Positions 18,625 to 29,888 are shown, counted from the stretch's first letter. The stretch is DNA of 64,000 nt from Candidatus Poribacteria bacterium (GCA_965198235.1 OZ240248.1:4640001-4704000), one strand, 5' to 3'. Program-made: numbers and translations. Notes: a model not told the origin generated them from the sequence alone.

Positions 18625-20049
18625 ATGTCACAAGATAAACCGCATATTCTATTCCTCATCAACGACGAACACCGTCCCGATGTCCTGCCGATCGAAGGGG
18701 ACACCGCTATCCGCACGCCGACACTTTCTCGGTTTATGGATGAGGGAATCTACTTCCGCAACGCTTATACCCCCTCACCTATCTGTGTTCCTGCTCGGCA
18801 GAGCTTTCTTTCAGGACTCTATCCGCGTAACTGTGGGAGCCTCAACTTCGGTGATCCGATGCCCACAGAGGTCCGAACGATTCCAGGACAATTGGGAAAC
18901 TATGGGTACTACACCTGTTGTGCAGGCAAAATGCACTTTGTCGGGACTGATGTGATGCACGGGTGGCAGGAACGAGTGGGACGCGATATTGTTGGTAACA
19001 ACGGCTATCCTTACCCACCTGTTAAGGATGAGCACTACGCACGAACCGAATCGGAATCCGGTACGGGTCCGAAGCAGAGCAAGGTGATTCAGGAAGTCCG
19101 CGATGCCCAACCCGGTTTAGGGCGTTGGATGCTCAATGACCAATACAATGTGGACGGTGCGCTGCTGTTCCTTGAGGAATATTTTGTTGATGCTCCTTAT
19201 GACCGTCCGAGATCAAATCCTCTTTGTATGGCGGTAAGCCTTATAGCACCACACTATCCGTATCAATGTCCACTGGATCTGTTTAACTACTACATGCAGC
19301 GAGTGAAGCCGATTGTTGAAGAGCCTAACGAGCAGTTTGGATACGACAATTTTTTCAGGGTCCGAGTCGGTCAAGATGTTACCTACCGTCAGGCGCACCG
19401 GGCGACCGCGGCATACTACGGAATGATTGAGTGGATGGACGCACAATTCGGTCGGGTCATTGAGAAACTGGAACATTTGAACGTCTTAGACGATTTTATT
19501 ATCGTTTTCCTCTCTGACCACGGTGAGATGCTTGGCACGAAAGGGCTTTGGGAGAAACAGAGCTACTTTGAGGCTTCGGCACGGGTGCCGCTTTCTATCT
19601 GGTATCCGAAACGGTTTGGACGAGAACCGAGAATCGTTGAGCAGAATGTTTCGTTGGTCGATCTGTTTCCGACTGTATGTGAATTAGCGGAAATCCCCGC
19701 ACCGGATGAGCTTGATGGACGTTCGTTCCTGCCACTTATTGAAGGAGATACAACAGGATGGCATGATACCGTTTATAGCGAACTTTGGCGCGCCCAGAAT
19801 GGGCCCTCTGTGATGGTCAAAGAGGGAAGTTTGAAGTATTTCAGATTCGACAACGATAAGGGGTGGCCCGAACAACTCTTCGATCTCTCCGAAGACCCGG
19901 ATGAACGGAACAACCTGATTGACACATCTGCCTACGCCGACGCACTCTCGAAACTACGCGCAAAAGCCGACGCATTACCTCCGCCGCGCCGAAAGGATGA
20001 GAATAACAGGTTCATTGACCCATATCGCCCGATTATGTTGTCGAGTTAA
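18625..20049 (+). CDS. Formylglycine sulfatase (choline-sulfatase-like)
   Basis: CVPARQSFLSG, GKMH and SDHGEM motifs. Confidence 0.9.
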   Translation: MSQDKPHILFLINDEHRPDVLPIEGDTAIRTPTLSRFMDEGIYFRNAYTPSPICVPARQSFLSGLYPRNCGSLNFGDPMPTEVRTIPGQLGNYGYYTCCAGKMHFVGTDVMHGWQERVGRDIVGNNGYPYPPVKDEHYARTESESGTGPKQSKVIQEVRDAQPGLGRWMLNDQYNVDGALLFLEEYFVDAPYDRPRSNPLCMAVSLIAPHYPYQCPLDLFNYYMQRVKPIVEEPNEQFGYDNFFRVRVGQDVTYRQAHRATAAYYGMIEWMDAQFGRVIEKLEHLNVLDDFIIVFLSDHGEMLGTKGLWEKQSYFEASARVPLSIWYPKRFGREPRIVEQNVSLVDLFPTVCELAEIPAPDELDGRSFLPLIEGDTTGWHDTVYSELWRAQNGPSVMVKEGSLKYFRFDNDKGWPEQLFDLSEDPDERNNLIDTSAYADALSKLRAKADALPPPRRKDENNRFIDPYRPIMLSS

Positions 20050-20149
20050 GTTCGCATTGTGCTGCAGCCGTCTTGAAAACCATCCAAGCGAATCCAGTTC
20101 TGTTTCACACCACTGAAGTTTGGGGGTTTCCGTTCATTCGATGGACCGA

Positions 20150-21565
20150 TCAAAACAGGTCGTTTACCTCGATGAGAAACACGCCTTCTTTTTCTGCTCT
20201 CTGTTTGAGTGCATCCGTGAAACCATTAGCAGAAAACAGAATATATCGCGGATTACGTTTCCATTTATCGGTGACTTTCATAGCGTTTTCGATGAGATGG
20301 TTTAGGACGTTTTCACCGACTGGAGCGTTCCACCATTTGCACTCACCAAACCAGTGGCTTTTGTCAACATTTTCTGTCAATACATCAATTTCAAAATCTG
20401 ATTCCCAATGTCCCCCAACTTTTTTAGGGGCAATCTTTAGTTTTTCTTCCCAATAGTGGCTGATATATTGGCGGCAAATTCCTTCAAAAATTTCTCCCAT
20501 ATAGTGTGAGAGGTTCGGAGCAATTATCTGCTGGTATACCAAATCAATGTTCCCAGATTCGATGAGACTTCGATTGGGTAGCACAAACCGAAACCAGAAT
20601 TTGACATAGTTATCTTCAATTTTATAAAGTCCCCTTTTGCTTTTTTGAGGTGCGCGTTCGGTTACCCGTGTTTCACGCTTGACTAATCCCAATTCTCGGA
20701 GCACGTTGAGATATTTGTTCACATCTGTCGGATTGAGTCCAACCCGTTGGGCAATTTCATTCAATCGCGTCGCGCCGGCGGCGATTGCCTGTAATATGCT
20801 TGCATACGTTCTGGGTTCCCTGAGTTCCATACGTAACAGAAAATTGACCTCATCAAACAGGTAACCTTGAGGTGTAAGCAATTCATCTTTGATACGTTGT
20901 TGAAATGTCTTTTGGGGTGCATCCGGCGAGCGGTTCAAAGGATACAGCGCAAATCGGTTGAGGTACGCCGGAATACCACCCAGGATACCATAAGCAATTA
21001 GTTTCTGCTTGACAGAATATTCTGAAAAGAAATACCCGCTGTCGCGGTAAGACAGCGGCATTAAGCGAAGTTGACCAGTGCGCCGTCCATATAACGGTGA
21101 CCTTTCCGCCAGTACCTCTCGCTCCATGAAACTCACCTGCGATCCGCACAAAATCAAGAAAAGTTTACTGTTTTTTCCGTGTAGGTCCCAGAAGCGTTGG
21201 ATCAGTGATGGGAGTGCAGCGTTATCTTCACAGAGATATTGAAACTCATCGAGTACCAGAATAAGTCTTTCTTCTTCTGCCTGTTGTGCAAAATAGATGA
21301 ATGCAGATTCCCAATCATTAAAGGCAAGGCTTTGCAGCAGTGGATCATTGATGGTATGCCGTGCGATTTCAGTAAGTTGCCGGAGATGATCTCGTTCTTT
21401 CAACTGACTGGCAAGAAAATAAATGCTTCTTTTTTGTTTACAGAACTGCGACAAGAGTTCAGTTTTCCCAATCCGTCTTCTGCCGTATAATACGAAGAAT
21501 TGTGCCATTTCTGACTGAAACATTTGCTCTAAAGCTGCCAGTTCTTGGTGTCTATTAATAAACAT
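20150..21565 (-). CDS. AAA+ ATPase with wHTH, DUF234 and PD-(D/E)xK-like C-terminus
   Basis: FINR..EL, GRRRIGKT, LDEFQ, SPLYGRRT, FWFRFV and EID...GECKW motifs. Confidence 0.88.
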   Translation of the reverse strand: MFINRHQELAALEQMFQSEMAQFFVLYGRRRIGKTELLSQFCKQKRSIYFLASQLKERDHLRQLTEIARHTINDPLLQSLAFNDWESAFIYFAQQAEEERLILVLDEFQYLCEDNAALPSLIQRFWDLHGKNSKLFLILCGSQVSFMEREVLAERSPLYGRRTGQLRLMPLSYRDSGYFFSEYSVKQKLIAYGILGGIPAYLNRFALYPLNRSPDAPQKTFQQRIKDELLTPQGYLFDEVNFLLRMELREPRTYASILQAIAAGATRLNEIAQRVGLNPTDVNKYLNVLRELGLVKRETRVTERAPQKSKRGLYKIEDNYVKFWFRFVLPNRSLIESGNIDLVYQQIIAPNLSHYMGEIFEGICRQYISHYWEEKLKIAPKKVGGHWESDFEIDVLTENVDKSHWFGECKWWNAPVGENVLNHLIENAMKVTDKWKRNPRYILFSANGFTDALKQRAEKEGVFLIEVNDLF

Positions 21566-21588
21566 AAGGTTTCTCTCCTTAAATGCGA

Positions 21589-21630
21589 TTTAGAGTATTA
21601 TACTCTAAAGTATTATACTCTAAAGTATAA
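21589..21630. promoter_or_regulatory. Palindromic/tandem operator-like repeat upstream of the DUF234 ATPase
   Basis: TTTAGAGTA-TTA-TACTCTAAA inverted repeat; AGTATTATACTCTAA occurs twice (21594-21623). Confidence 0.55.
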
Positions 21631-21911
21631 TTAAAATCTAATAAAATTCTCGCGGTGTCACAATCGTTGAGTTTTTGGTTTCCGGGCTCCGCTCAAGACC
21701 TCTTTCCAGTAGAAGCGATCTCCCGGTCATGACTTCTGACTGATTGCTGACATCCGATAACTGCCTGCTGCTGGATACCGCGAGATTTTCCTTGCACATA
21801 TTTCGCTTTAAATGATATATTATAGTAAACAATCCTTGAGGATAATAGGACTTACATTGATGTAGGGAGCTGACATCGCCCGCACAGAAGAAATGGAGGA
21901 AAGTTTCTATA

Positions 21912-24900
21912 ATGTCCCAGACACAGTTATCACCTTTAGGTACTTTGATATGGTTTCGCACTGGCTGTATGAGTCTTATGGTACTCTTGTTAGGACTCGC
22001 TATTGTACTACAACCTGTCTATGCCGAGAAGCTTCAATTCGACCGTGATATTCTGCCGATCTTGTCAGATAAATGTTTTGCGTGTCACGGTCCCGACCCC
22101 GCGGTTCGGCAAGCCAATCTGCGGCTTGACACAAAGGAAGGTGCGTTCTCCGCACCAAGTGGTTATCCAATTATCGTGCCGGGTGAACCGGAAAACAGCG
22201 AATTGGTCCTACGCATAACACACGAAGACATTGACCAAAGGATGCCGCTACAGATCTCCAATCGGCAACCGACACAAGAACAGATCGATACGCTCATTCA
22301 GTGGATTGCTGAAGGTGCGGAATGGGAAGATCACTGGGTGTACAATCTGCCCGAACGGGTGGATCCGCCAGTTGTCAAGGATACATCTTGGGTCCGCAAT
22401 CCTATCGACGCATTTATACTCGGAAGATTGGAAACGGAAGATCTCATGCCGTCGCCAGAAGCGGACAAACGGACGCTCATTCGCCGCTTATATTTCGATC
22501 TTACCGGACTGCTGCCTACGCCTGCTGAGGTGGCGCGTTTCTTGAGGGATGAAACCCCGGATGCCTATGAATCACTTGTCAATGGACTTCTGTCTGAACC
22601 GCAATACGGTGAACGGATGGCACTGTACTGGCTTGATCTGGTGCGCTATGCGGACACGAGCGGTTACCATGCTGACGAAAACGTGAGCATCTGGCCCTAT
22701 AGGGACTATGTGATCCAAGCATTTAATGATAACATGCCGTTTGATCAGTTTGCAATCGAAAATCTTGCAGGCGATCTCTTACCGAATGCCACAGTTACAC
22801 AGAAGATCGCTGCCGGTTATAACCGTCTGAATCAGACAACCTCAGAAGGAGGTGCACAGGCAAAAGAATATCTCGCGATCTATGCTGCCGACCGGGTGCG
22901 GACGACTGCCTCCGTCTGGTTAGGTGCGACGCTCGGCTGCGCACAGTGCCACGACCACAAGTTTGATCCGTACACCGCAAAGGATTTTTACAGTTTCGCC
23001 GCGTTTTTCGCGGATGTCAAGGGACCTGGCGTATACGGTGGTGGAAGTAAATGGGAACCCGTCGTTATGCTACCGACACCCACACAGAAGTCAACACTCC
23101 AGGATATTGACGATGAATTGACGAAACTGCAACAGGTATTCAAGGCATCATCCCCCGGATTAGAAGCAGAACAGACGGAGTGGGAGAATGAGGTGCTTTC
23201 CCTGCTCGAATCAACAGAGCCGACCGACTTCGCGTGGATAGACGACGCACAAGCAAACGGTGGTAGGACTGAAGGCACATGGGTATTCGTTGACAAAAGT
23301 GAAGCCCCCGTTTTCAGTAAGTTATACTCACGAAAACAAACAGCGGAAGCAGGAAAGACAATCCAGCATGCTTTCCGTGGCGCGAATCGAAAGTTCACCG
23401 TAGCAGAAGGTGACCGACTCTTTGCCTATATCTGGATTGACCCCGAATCACCTCCAGAAACAGTCATGCTCCAGTGGAACGATGGAAATTGGGATCATCG
23501 TGCTTTTTGGGGTGAAGACAAAATTAACTTCGGCGAGATTGGAACTGATACACCTGCTCACAAGCCGATGGGACTGCTGCCAGCAGTCGGCGAATGGATG
23601 CGTCTTGAAGTAGATCCAGCAGACGTTGGATTGGAGCCGGGGAGTGTCCTGAATGGGATAGGTTTCGCACAATTTGGTGGCACCGCCTATTGGGATATGG
23701 CTGGCATCGCAACAACTCTCGGATCGTCAGTAAAACACACGCATACGGAACAGGTTATCGCAGCAATTCGGGTGGATACCTCTGTCAGGACGACAAGTCA
23801 GCGTGAGCAGATCGCAGCGGAGTATCGCCGCATCACACCTGCGCTTGATGGTATCCGGAATCAGATTGCGGATTTACAGAAGCAGAAAGGTGAAATCGAA
23901 GCACAGATTCCTTACTCACTTACCACTGCGTCTACACAACCTCGCACAACACGCGTGCTACCGAGAGGCAACTGGATGGACGATTCGGGTGAGATCGTTG
24001 AACCGATGATACCGGCTTTCCTTGGCGATCTCGGTATCAAAAACCGCCGACCGACCCGTTTAGAGCTTGCACAGTGGATCGCGTCAAAGGACAATCCACT
24101 AACTGCCCGTACGTTTGTAAATCGACTTTGGGCACTCTACTTCGGGACAGGATTATCCCGCGTCTTGGATGACCTTGGCGCACAAGGCGAATCGCCGGTA
24201 CATCCTGAACTGCTTGACTGGCTCGCTGTCGAATTTGTGGAGAGCGGTTGGAACGTTAAGCATCTCGTAAAGCTCCTCGTCACTTCAAATACTTATCGTC
24301 AATCCTCGAAATCAAACGAGGTATTGGAGGAGAAGGATGCTTACAATCGCTTGTTGGCACGTCAATCACGCTGGAGACTCGATGCAGAGGCGGTCCGCGA
24401 CAACGCGTTGATGCTGAGTGGACTTCTTGTTCCCAAAATCGGTGGTCCGAGCGTGAGGCCGTACCAGCCGAAGGGTTATTACTCAAATCTAAACTTCCCG
24501 AAGCGGGTTTATGTGCACGATGCTGGGGAGAATCAATATCGCCGTGGGCTTTATACGCATTGGCAGCGCACCTTCTTGCATCCGAGCATGATGGCGTTCG
24601 ATGCACCGAGTCGTCAGGAATGTACTGCTGAGCGTGCAACCTCTAATACCCCAATGCAAGCTTTGACGCTACTCAACGACCCAAGCTACGTTGAGGCGGC
24701 GCGCGTCTTCGCATCACGGATCGTCCAAGAGGGTGGTGAATCCGTCGCTGAGCGTATCAGCTGGGCGTACCAATGGACATTGTCTCGGATGCCACAGCCA
24801 AAGGAATTAGAGATTATGACTTCTCTCTATGAGAAGCACCAAGCCGAATATACTGCTAATCTTGATGCTGCCAGTACTCTCGTCGCAACGGGTGAAACAC

Positions 24901-24995
24901 CTATGACAGAAGGCGTTGAACCTGACGAATTGGCGGCGTGGACTTCTGTGGCACGGGTAATATTGAATTTGCATGAAACGATTATGCGATATTAG
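21912..24995 (+). CDS. Planctomycete cytochrome c / DUF1549 / DUF1553 protein
   Basis: CFACH, WLDLVRYADT, CAQCHDHKFDP, HPELLDWLA and QALTLLN motifs. Confidence 0.92.
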   Translation: MSQTQLSPLGTLIWFRTGCMSLMVLLLGLAIVLQPVYAEKLQFDRDILPILSDKCFACHGPDPAVRQANLRLDTKEGAFSAPSGYPIIVPGEPENSELVLRITHEDIDQRMPLQISNRQPTQEQIDTLIQWIAEGAEWEDHWVYNLPERVDPPVVKDTSWVRNPIDAFILGRLETEDLMPSPEADKRTLIRRLYFDLTGLLPTPAEVARFLRDETPDAYESLVNGLLSEPQYGERMALYWLDLVRYADTSGYHADENVSIWPYRDYVIQAFNDNMPFDQFAIENLAGDLLPNATVTQKIAAGYNRLNQTTSEGGAQAKEYLAIYAADRVRTTASVWLGATLGCAQCHDHKFDPYTAKDFYSFAAFFADVKGPGVYGGGSKWEPVVMLPTPTQKSTLQDIDDELTKLQQVFKASSPGLEAEQTEWENEVLSLLESTEPTDFAWIDDAQANGGRTEGTWVFVDKSEAPVFSKLYSRKQTAEAGKTIQHAFRGANRKFTVAEGDRLFAYIWIDPESPPETVMLQWNDGNWDHRAFWGEDKINFGEIGTDTPAHKPMGLLPAVGEWMRLEVDPADVGLEPGSVLNGIGFAQFGGTAYWDMAGIATTLGSSVKHTHTEQVIAAIRVDTSVRTTSQREQIAAEYRRITPALDGIRNQIADLQKQKGEIEAQIPYSLTTASTQPRTTRVLPRGNWMDDSGEIVEPMIPAFLGDLGIKNRRPTRLELAQWIASKDNPLTARTFVNRLWALYFGTGLSRVLDDLGAQGESPVHPELLDWLAVEFVESGWNVKHLVKLLVTSNTYRQSSKSNEVLEEKDAYNRLLARQSRWRLDAEAVRDNALMLSGLLVPKIGGPSVRPYQPKGYYSNLNFPKRVYVHDAGENQYRRGLYTHWQRTFLHPSMMAFDAPSRQECTAERATSNTPMQALTLLNDPSYVEAARVFASRIVQEGGESVAERISWAYQWTLSRMPQPKELEIMTSLYEKHQAEYTANLDAASTLVATGETPMTEGVEPDELAAWTSVARVILNLHETIMRY

Positions 24996-24997
24996 GG

Positions 24998-25108
24998 GTG
25001 AATGGCGTTACCGCAACGTTTCACCGTCCCCATAATCAAAAAGAAGCACGTTCCTACCAAGTGAAGGATGCCCGGCGTTTTCTGGAGGAGGCAGGAATAA
25101 TTCCATGA
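24998..25108 (+). pseudogene. hicA: HicA toxin C-terminal fragment
   Basis: VNGVTATFHRPHNQKEARSYQVKDARRFLEEAGIIP*; ATGA overlap with the hicB start. Confidence 0.7.
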
Positions 25109-25599
25109 AGTACAAGGGTTATAGTGCACATATTGAGTACAGCGAAGAAGATAGATGTCTTGTCGGTCATATTGCAGGAATTACTGACATCGTCGGGTTT
25201 CACGCGGACACTGTTCCTGAACTTCAAGAGGCTGCAGTTAGATTAGGCGTTATGGACCCCGAAGACGTACGGCGACTGACCGTCGAAGACGCACTTGTTG
25301 ATACCGGCGCAACCGGGCTCTGCTTATCGATTCCGCTTATCGAACAACTCGGACTTACCCCACTGAGAGAGACTCGCGCGCAAACCGCCAACGGTATTGT
25401 GACGCGTACCATTTATTCAGAGGTGGAATACACTGTCTTGGAACGAAGCGACTCTATCCGGGTAACAGATCTTCCTCCGGACATGCCTATCCTCTTGGGA
25501 CACATGATTTTGGAAACTCTCGATCTCTGTGTTGACATGAAAGAAGGATTAATTCATAATCCAGCACATGGTGGGGCATAGATGATAAAGATCCTCTGA
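25105..25599 (+). pseudogene. Chimera of the HicB N-terminus and a clan AA aspartic protease fragment
   Basis: MKYKGYSAHIEYSEED...GFHADTVPELQEA fused to ...ALVDTGAT...ILLG; ends HGGA*MIKIL*. Confidence 0.65.
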
Positions 25600-25659
25600 G
25601 AACGAAAGGCACCCATACCCTTTCCAAACAGGAGAAATTATTGACGGGAGATATCAAAT

Positions 25660-27099
25660 ATGGTTATGGATATTCATGAAGAAACCAATCGTCGCCTCAC
25701 GAGGCGCACTTTTTTGGGTAAAAGCGTGCGTGGTATCGGATCGCTTGCGCTTGGCTCCCTGCTTGCACCATCGCTGCTAAATGCCGCACCGGAAATTGAG
25801 CGGTGGCAGGGAATTGTTACCACACCACATGTACCGCCGAAAGCGAAATGCATTATTCATCTCTGTATGGCGGGTGGTCCTTCGCACTTAGAGACTTTGG
25901 ACTACAAGCCGCAACTGGCGGAACTCCATGGACAATCGATGCCGAAGTCTTTCACTGAAGGGCAGCCGATTGCGCAACTCCAAGGACAAGCGGATTCACT
26001 CAAATGCCTCGGTCCAACACATGAATTCAAAAAGTATGGAGAATCGGGGCAGGAGATGAGTACGGCGTTTCCACATATTGGAAGCCTCGCCGATGATATT
26101 TGCATCGTGCGTTCCCTGCGCACTGAGCAAATCAACCACGATCCAGCGCACACTTTCATGAACACCGGTACTGCAATCGCTGGTAGACCGAGCATGGGTT
26201 CGTGGCTGCTTTATGGGCTTGGCAGTGAGAATGAAAACCTGCCGGGTTACGTCGTCCTCACCTCTTCTGGCGGCGGACAGGACCAGCCGATTGCGACGCG
26301 GCAATGGCATAGCGGGTTTCTCCCAGGTCAGTTTCAAGGAGTCCAGTTCCATCCGACCGGCGATCCCGTTCACTATGTCACCAACCCTGACGGTGTCAAC
26401 ACTGAACAACAACGGGACGTTGTAGATGCTGTACAAACCCTAAACGGTATGTTCAACGAGACCGTAGACGATCCAGCAATCGCGACGCGGATTAGTCAGT
26501 ACGAGATGGCGTTCCGAATGCAGACGAGTGTCCCTGAGTTGACGGACATCTCGGAAGAACCGCAGCACGTTCTGGATGCGTACGGTGCAAAGCCTGGTGA
26601 CGGATCCTATGCTTCAAACTGTCTCCTCGCGCGACGGTTAGCCGAACGCGGGGTGCGATTTATTCAACTCTACCACCGGGGTTGGGATCATCATGGCGGC
26701 ATTGAGAACGCCATTAAGACAACCGCTGGCTATGTTGATAAGGCGACCGCTGCTCTTGTCAACGATTTGAAACAGCGCGGCATGTTAGACGACACTTTGG
26801 TCATCTGGGGTGGCGAATTCGGTCGGACACCGATGGCACAAGGCACTGGGCGCGATCATCACATCAAAGGATTCTCGATGTGGATGGCGGGTGGTGGCAT
26901 CAAAGGTGGTATTAGTTACGGAAACACCGATGAGTTGGGGTATAATGCTGTTGAAAATATCGTGCATGTCCACGATTTCCACGCTACGATGCTTCACCTG
27001 TTCGGAATTAATCACGAAAAACTCGTCTACCGCTTCCAAGGACGAGACTTCCGTCTCACAGATGTCCACGGGCATGTCGTCCGTGACATTTTGGCTTAA
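25660..27099 (+). CDS. DUF1501 protein with Tat signal
   Basis: TRRTFLG, GGPSHLE, GWDHH, GEFGRTP and GRDH motifs. Confidence 0.92.
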   Translation: MVMDIHEETNRRLTRRTFLGKSVRGIGSLALGSLLAPSLLNAAPEIERWQGIVTTPHVPPKAKCIIHLCMAGGPSHLETLDYKPQLAELHGQSMPKSFTEGQPIAQLQGQADSLKCLGPTHEFKKYGESGQEMSTAFPHIGSLADDICIVRSLRTEQINHDPAHTFMNTGTAIAGRPSMGSWLLYGLGSENENLPGYVVLTSSGGGQDQPIATRQWHSGFLPGQFQGVQFHPTGDPVHYVTNPDGVNTEQQRDVVDAVQTLNGMFNETVDDPAIATRISQYEMAFRMQTSVPELTDISEEPQHVLDAYGAKPGDGSYASNCLLARRLAERGVRFIQLYHRGWDHHGGIENAIKTTAGYVDKATAALVNDLKQRGMLDDTLVIWGGEFGRTPMAQGTGRDHHIKGFSMWMAGGGIKGGISYGNTDELGYNAVENIVHVHDFHATMLHLFGINHEKLVYRFQGRDFRLTDVHGHVVRDILA

Positions 27100-27230
27100 C
27101 GGTAGTAGGCACACGCTGTGTGATGTCTTTGCCGCAAATTGTCTCAATTGACTGACAAACAGAGGGTCAGATACGGAAGCACTGGAATCTGAGAGAAGAA
27201 ACTGCCCTACAGAAATGGTGAGGTTGCAGA

Positions 27231-28523
27231 GTGACTTATATGAAAAAAGCGGACAGGATTTTAGTACACATCTCGTTCTTGTTAGTTCTAACAGTATCTG
27301 CCTTCAGTCACGAGCTCCCTATGGTGGAGCCTGAAGCGGTTGGACTTTCTACCGAAAGGCTCTCAAGAATTGATAAAGTAATGGAACGGCACATCGCTCA
27401 GCAGAAAATCGCTGGCGGCGTTACATTGCTTGCTCGGCACGGAAAGGTCGCACATCTGGGCACTTACGGTATGATGGATGTCGAAACGGGAAAGCCAATG
27501 ACACCCGACACCATTTTCCGTATTGCATCAATGACGAAGCCGATCACGAGCATCGCTGTAATGATGCTCTATGAAGAGGGGCATTTTCGGTTGCATGAGC
27601 CGGTCTCAAAGTTCATTCCCGCTTTCAAAGAGATGCTTGTGCTGCCACAGGAAGATGCTGAAGATTCGGCATCACCTGTACCCGCGACACAACAGATTAC
27701 CACTTGGAACCTGCTCACCCACACGTCTGGTCTAACGTATCACTGGAATGAGCGACTCGGTCCGCAATACAACGATGCGGGTATCACCCACGGGCTTCTT
27801 CAGGATGAGAGCACCCTTGAAGAGAAGATGAAAGTGTTGGCGACTATTCCCTTGTTGCATCAACCGAGTGCCGATGTTGAGTACGGTCTATCAATAGATG
27901 TACTCGGTTATCTCGTCGAAGTCGTGTCGGGGATGTCCCTTGATGCATTTTTCTCTGAGCGTATCTTCAAACCGCTTGGCATGGAAGACACACATTTTTT
28001 TATCCCTGAATCGAAACGCGAACGGATCGCAACAGTGTACGAGCGAACCAAAGATGGACCCATAGTGCGAAAGTCCCAAGAACCGACAGTGGAGGGTTCG
28101 CTGACCTACTCAACTGACTATCCTTACAATGGTCCGCGAACCTATTTCTCTGGCGGAGGTGGGTTAGTATCCACCGTCTCTGATTACGCCCGCTTTGCGC
28201 AAATGATGCTCAACAGTGGAGAACTTGACGGTGTCCGATTGTTGAGCCGAAAAACCGTTGAATTGATGACTACGGATCAGCTCGCCGATATGGATGTCGA
28301 CTACGGATTCGGTTTGGGCTTTGGCGTTGTCCGAGACGAATCGGATCTTAAGGAGGTCGGATCAGTTGGGAGGTATGGTTGGAGCGGTTTCTTCTTTACC
28401 AGTTTCTTCATTGACCCTCAAGAACAGATGATTGGCATCTTCATGTGCCAATTGCATCCGAGCGGCGGTTTGGATCTCGGAGAGAAAATTCGCATCCTCT
28501 GCTACCAAGCAATTGCCGACTGA
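27231..28523 (+). CDS. Serine hydrolase, beta-lactamase/esterase family VIII
   Basis: FRIASMTK, LLTHTSG, YGLS and GWSG motifs. Confidence 0.88.
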   Translation: MTYMKKADRILVHISFLLVLTVSAFSHELPMVEPEAVGLSTERLSRIDKVMERHIAQQKIAGGVTLLARHGKVAHLGTYGMMDVETGKPMTPDTIFRIASMTKPITSIAVMMLYEEGHFRLHEPVSKFIPAFKEMLVLPQEDAEDSASPVPATQQITTWNLLTHTSGLTYHWNERLGPQYNDAGITHGLLQDESTLEEKMKVLATIPLLHQPSADVEYGLSIDVLGYLVEVVSGMSLDAFFSERIFKPLGMEDTHFFIPESKRERIATVYERTKDGPIVRKSQEPTVEGSLTYSTDYPYNGPRTYFSGGGGLVSTVSDYARFAQMMLNSGELDGVRLLSRKTVELMTTDQLADMDVDYGFGLGFGVVRDESDLKEVGSVGRYGWSGFFFTSFFIDPQEQMIGIFMCQLHPSGGLDLGEKIRILCYQAIAD

Positions 28524-28748
28524 AATTTTTTAATTTATGAGCACCTGGGCTGCCCTCCACTGCGTTACGGGCAGGTTTCCGATTAATTCACAACTGGTTT
28601 TGAGAAGACAGTCCGTTATTTAAGAGTGCTTTAATAGAAACGTTATTACCGGACTATAGTAAAATCTACGATTACTGAACAAGCAGGGAACTACTACGCG
28701 TTCATGCGGCTTTAAGCTACAAATAACATAGGAAGGAAATTAACCAAT

Positions 28749-29780
28749 ATGCTAAGAGAACTCATTGCACCGGCACAAGAGCAGGTCGCTTTCCGAGAAT
28801 ATGAAAGCCAACCGTTGCAAGCGAATGAAATTCGGGTCAAGAGCCAGTTTGGTGCAGCCAAACACGGTTCAGAGATGGCATCATATAAGGGTTATGCAGG
28901 CCCACGCGGTGGCTACGATTCAGAATATAAGGTCTTTCAAGCGAACACCTCCGGCATGGTGAGCTATCCTTCAGGACTTGGGAACATGTGTGTTGGCGAG
29001 GTAACTGAGATTGGCGCGGACGTTACCGAATTTGAGGTCGGAGATCGCGTTTTTCGGCACAGCTCCTTTCGCGAGGAAAATGTTTGGGGTGCAGCAGGTG
29101 TCCGGAAACTTCCTGATGGTGTTCCTTGGCAGGCAGCCGTCTGTTTGGATCCGACAGATTTCGCCTTGGGAGCAGTGCGCGACGGTCATGTCCGTATTGG
29201 TGATGCCGTGGCAGTCTTTGGAATGGGTGGAATCGGACTGATGGCACTGCAGCTTGCCAAGTTGGCGGGTGCCTATCCTGTAATTGGTATTGATCCACTT
29301 GAGTTGCGCCGCAACGCTGCCCTTAAATGTGGTGCTGATATTGTTATTGATCCTACAACAGATGATGCCGGTTTGGAAATTAAAAAGGCTACCAACAAAC
29401 GTGGTGCCGATGTTTGCATTGAATATAGCGGTCATCATACGGCACTACAAGCGGCTATCCGCGGCGTGACGTATTTAGGAACAGTTGTTGCTGGTGCATG
29501 GCCCGGTATCTATCCAACGGGATTAGACCTCGGTGCCGAAGCGCATTTCAACCGACCGACTATTATCTTCTCACGCGCTTGCAGTGAACCGAATCCCGAA
29601 TATCCAAATTGGAATGAAGGTAGACTCTTTGAAATCAGCTGGCGGCTACTTTGCGACGGCAGTCTGAAATCTGAACCGGTTATCCATCCTGTTGTTGATT
29701 TTGAGGACCTGTTGGACGAGTATCCGAAGATCGCGACGCATCCGGGTGAGAATGTAAAATTAGGTGTCCGGTTCGCGTAA
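28749..29780 (+). CDS. MDR-family dehydrogenase
   Basis: KHGSE, VGEVTEIG and GMGGIG motifs. Confidence 0.8.
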   Translation: MLRELIAPAQEQVAFREYESQPLQANEIRVKSQFGAAKHGSEMASYKGYAGPRGGYDSEYKVFQANTSGMVSYPSGLGNMCVGEVTEIGADVTEFEVGDRVFRHSSFREENVWGAAGVRKLPDGVPWQAAVCLDPTDFALGAVRDGHVRIGDAVAVFGMGGIGLMALQLAKLAGAYPVIGIDPLELRRNAALKCGADIVIDPTTDDAGLEIKKATNKRGADVCIEYSGHHTALQAAIRGVTYLGTVVAGAWPGIYPTGLDLGAEAHFNRPTIIFSRACSEPNPEYPNWNEGRLFEISWRLLCDGSLKSEPVIHPVVDFEDLLDEYPKIATHPGENVKLGVRFA

Positions 29781-29888
29781 CCGCGATTTTCAAATGATTG
29801 CCTATTTCTTTTTGGAGAGGAATCCCCTTGACACGATACTGCCTCAATTTTTGGAGGTTGTCGCGTCAAGGAGGGTGCTTTTCTTAAG

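Noticed and set aside
21589-21630. CRISPR or iteron array
   Set aside because: Only two 15-bp units with no spacers. No CRISPR array was seen anywhere in the window.
27231-28523. True beta-lactam resistance gene
   Set aside because: The motifs fit the broad family VIII esterase group; the class C KTG triad is absent.
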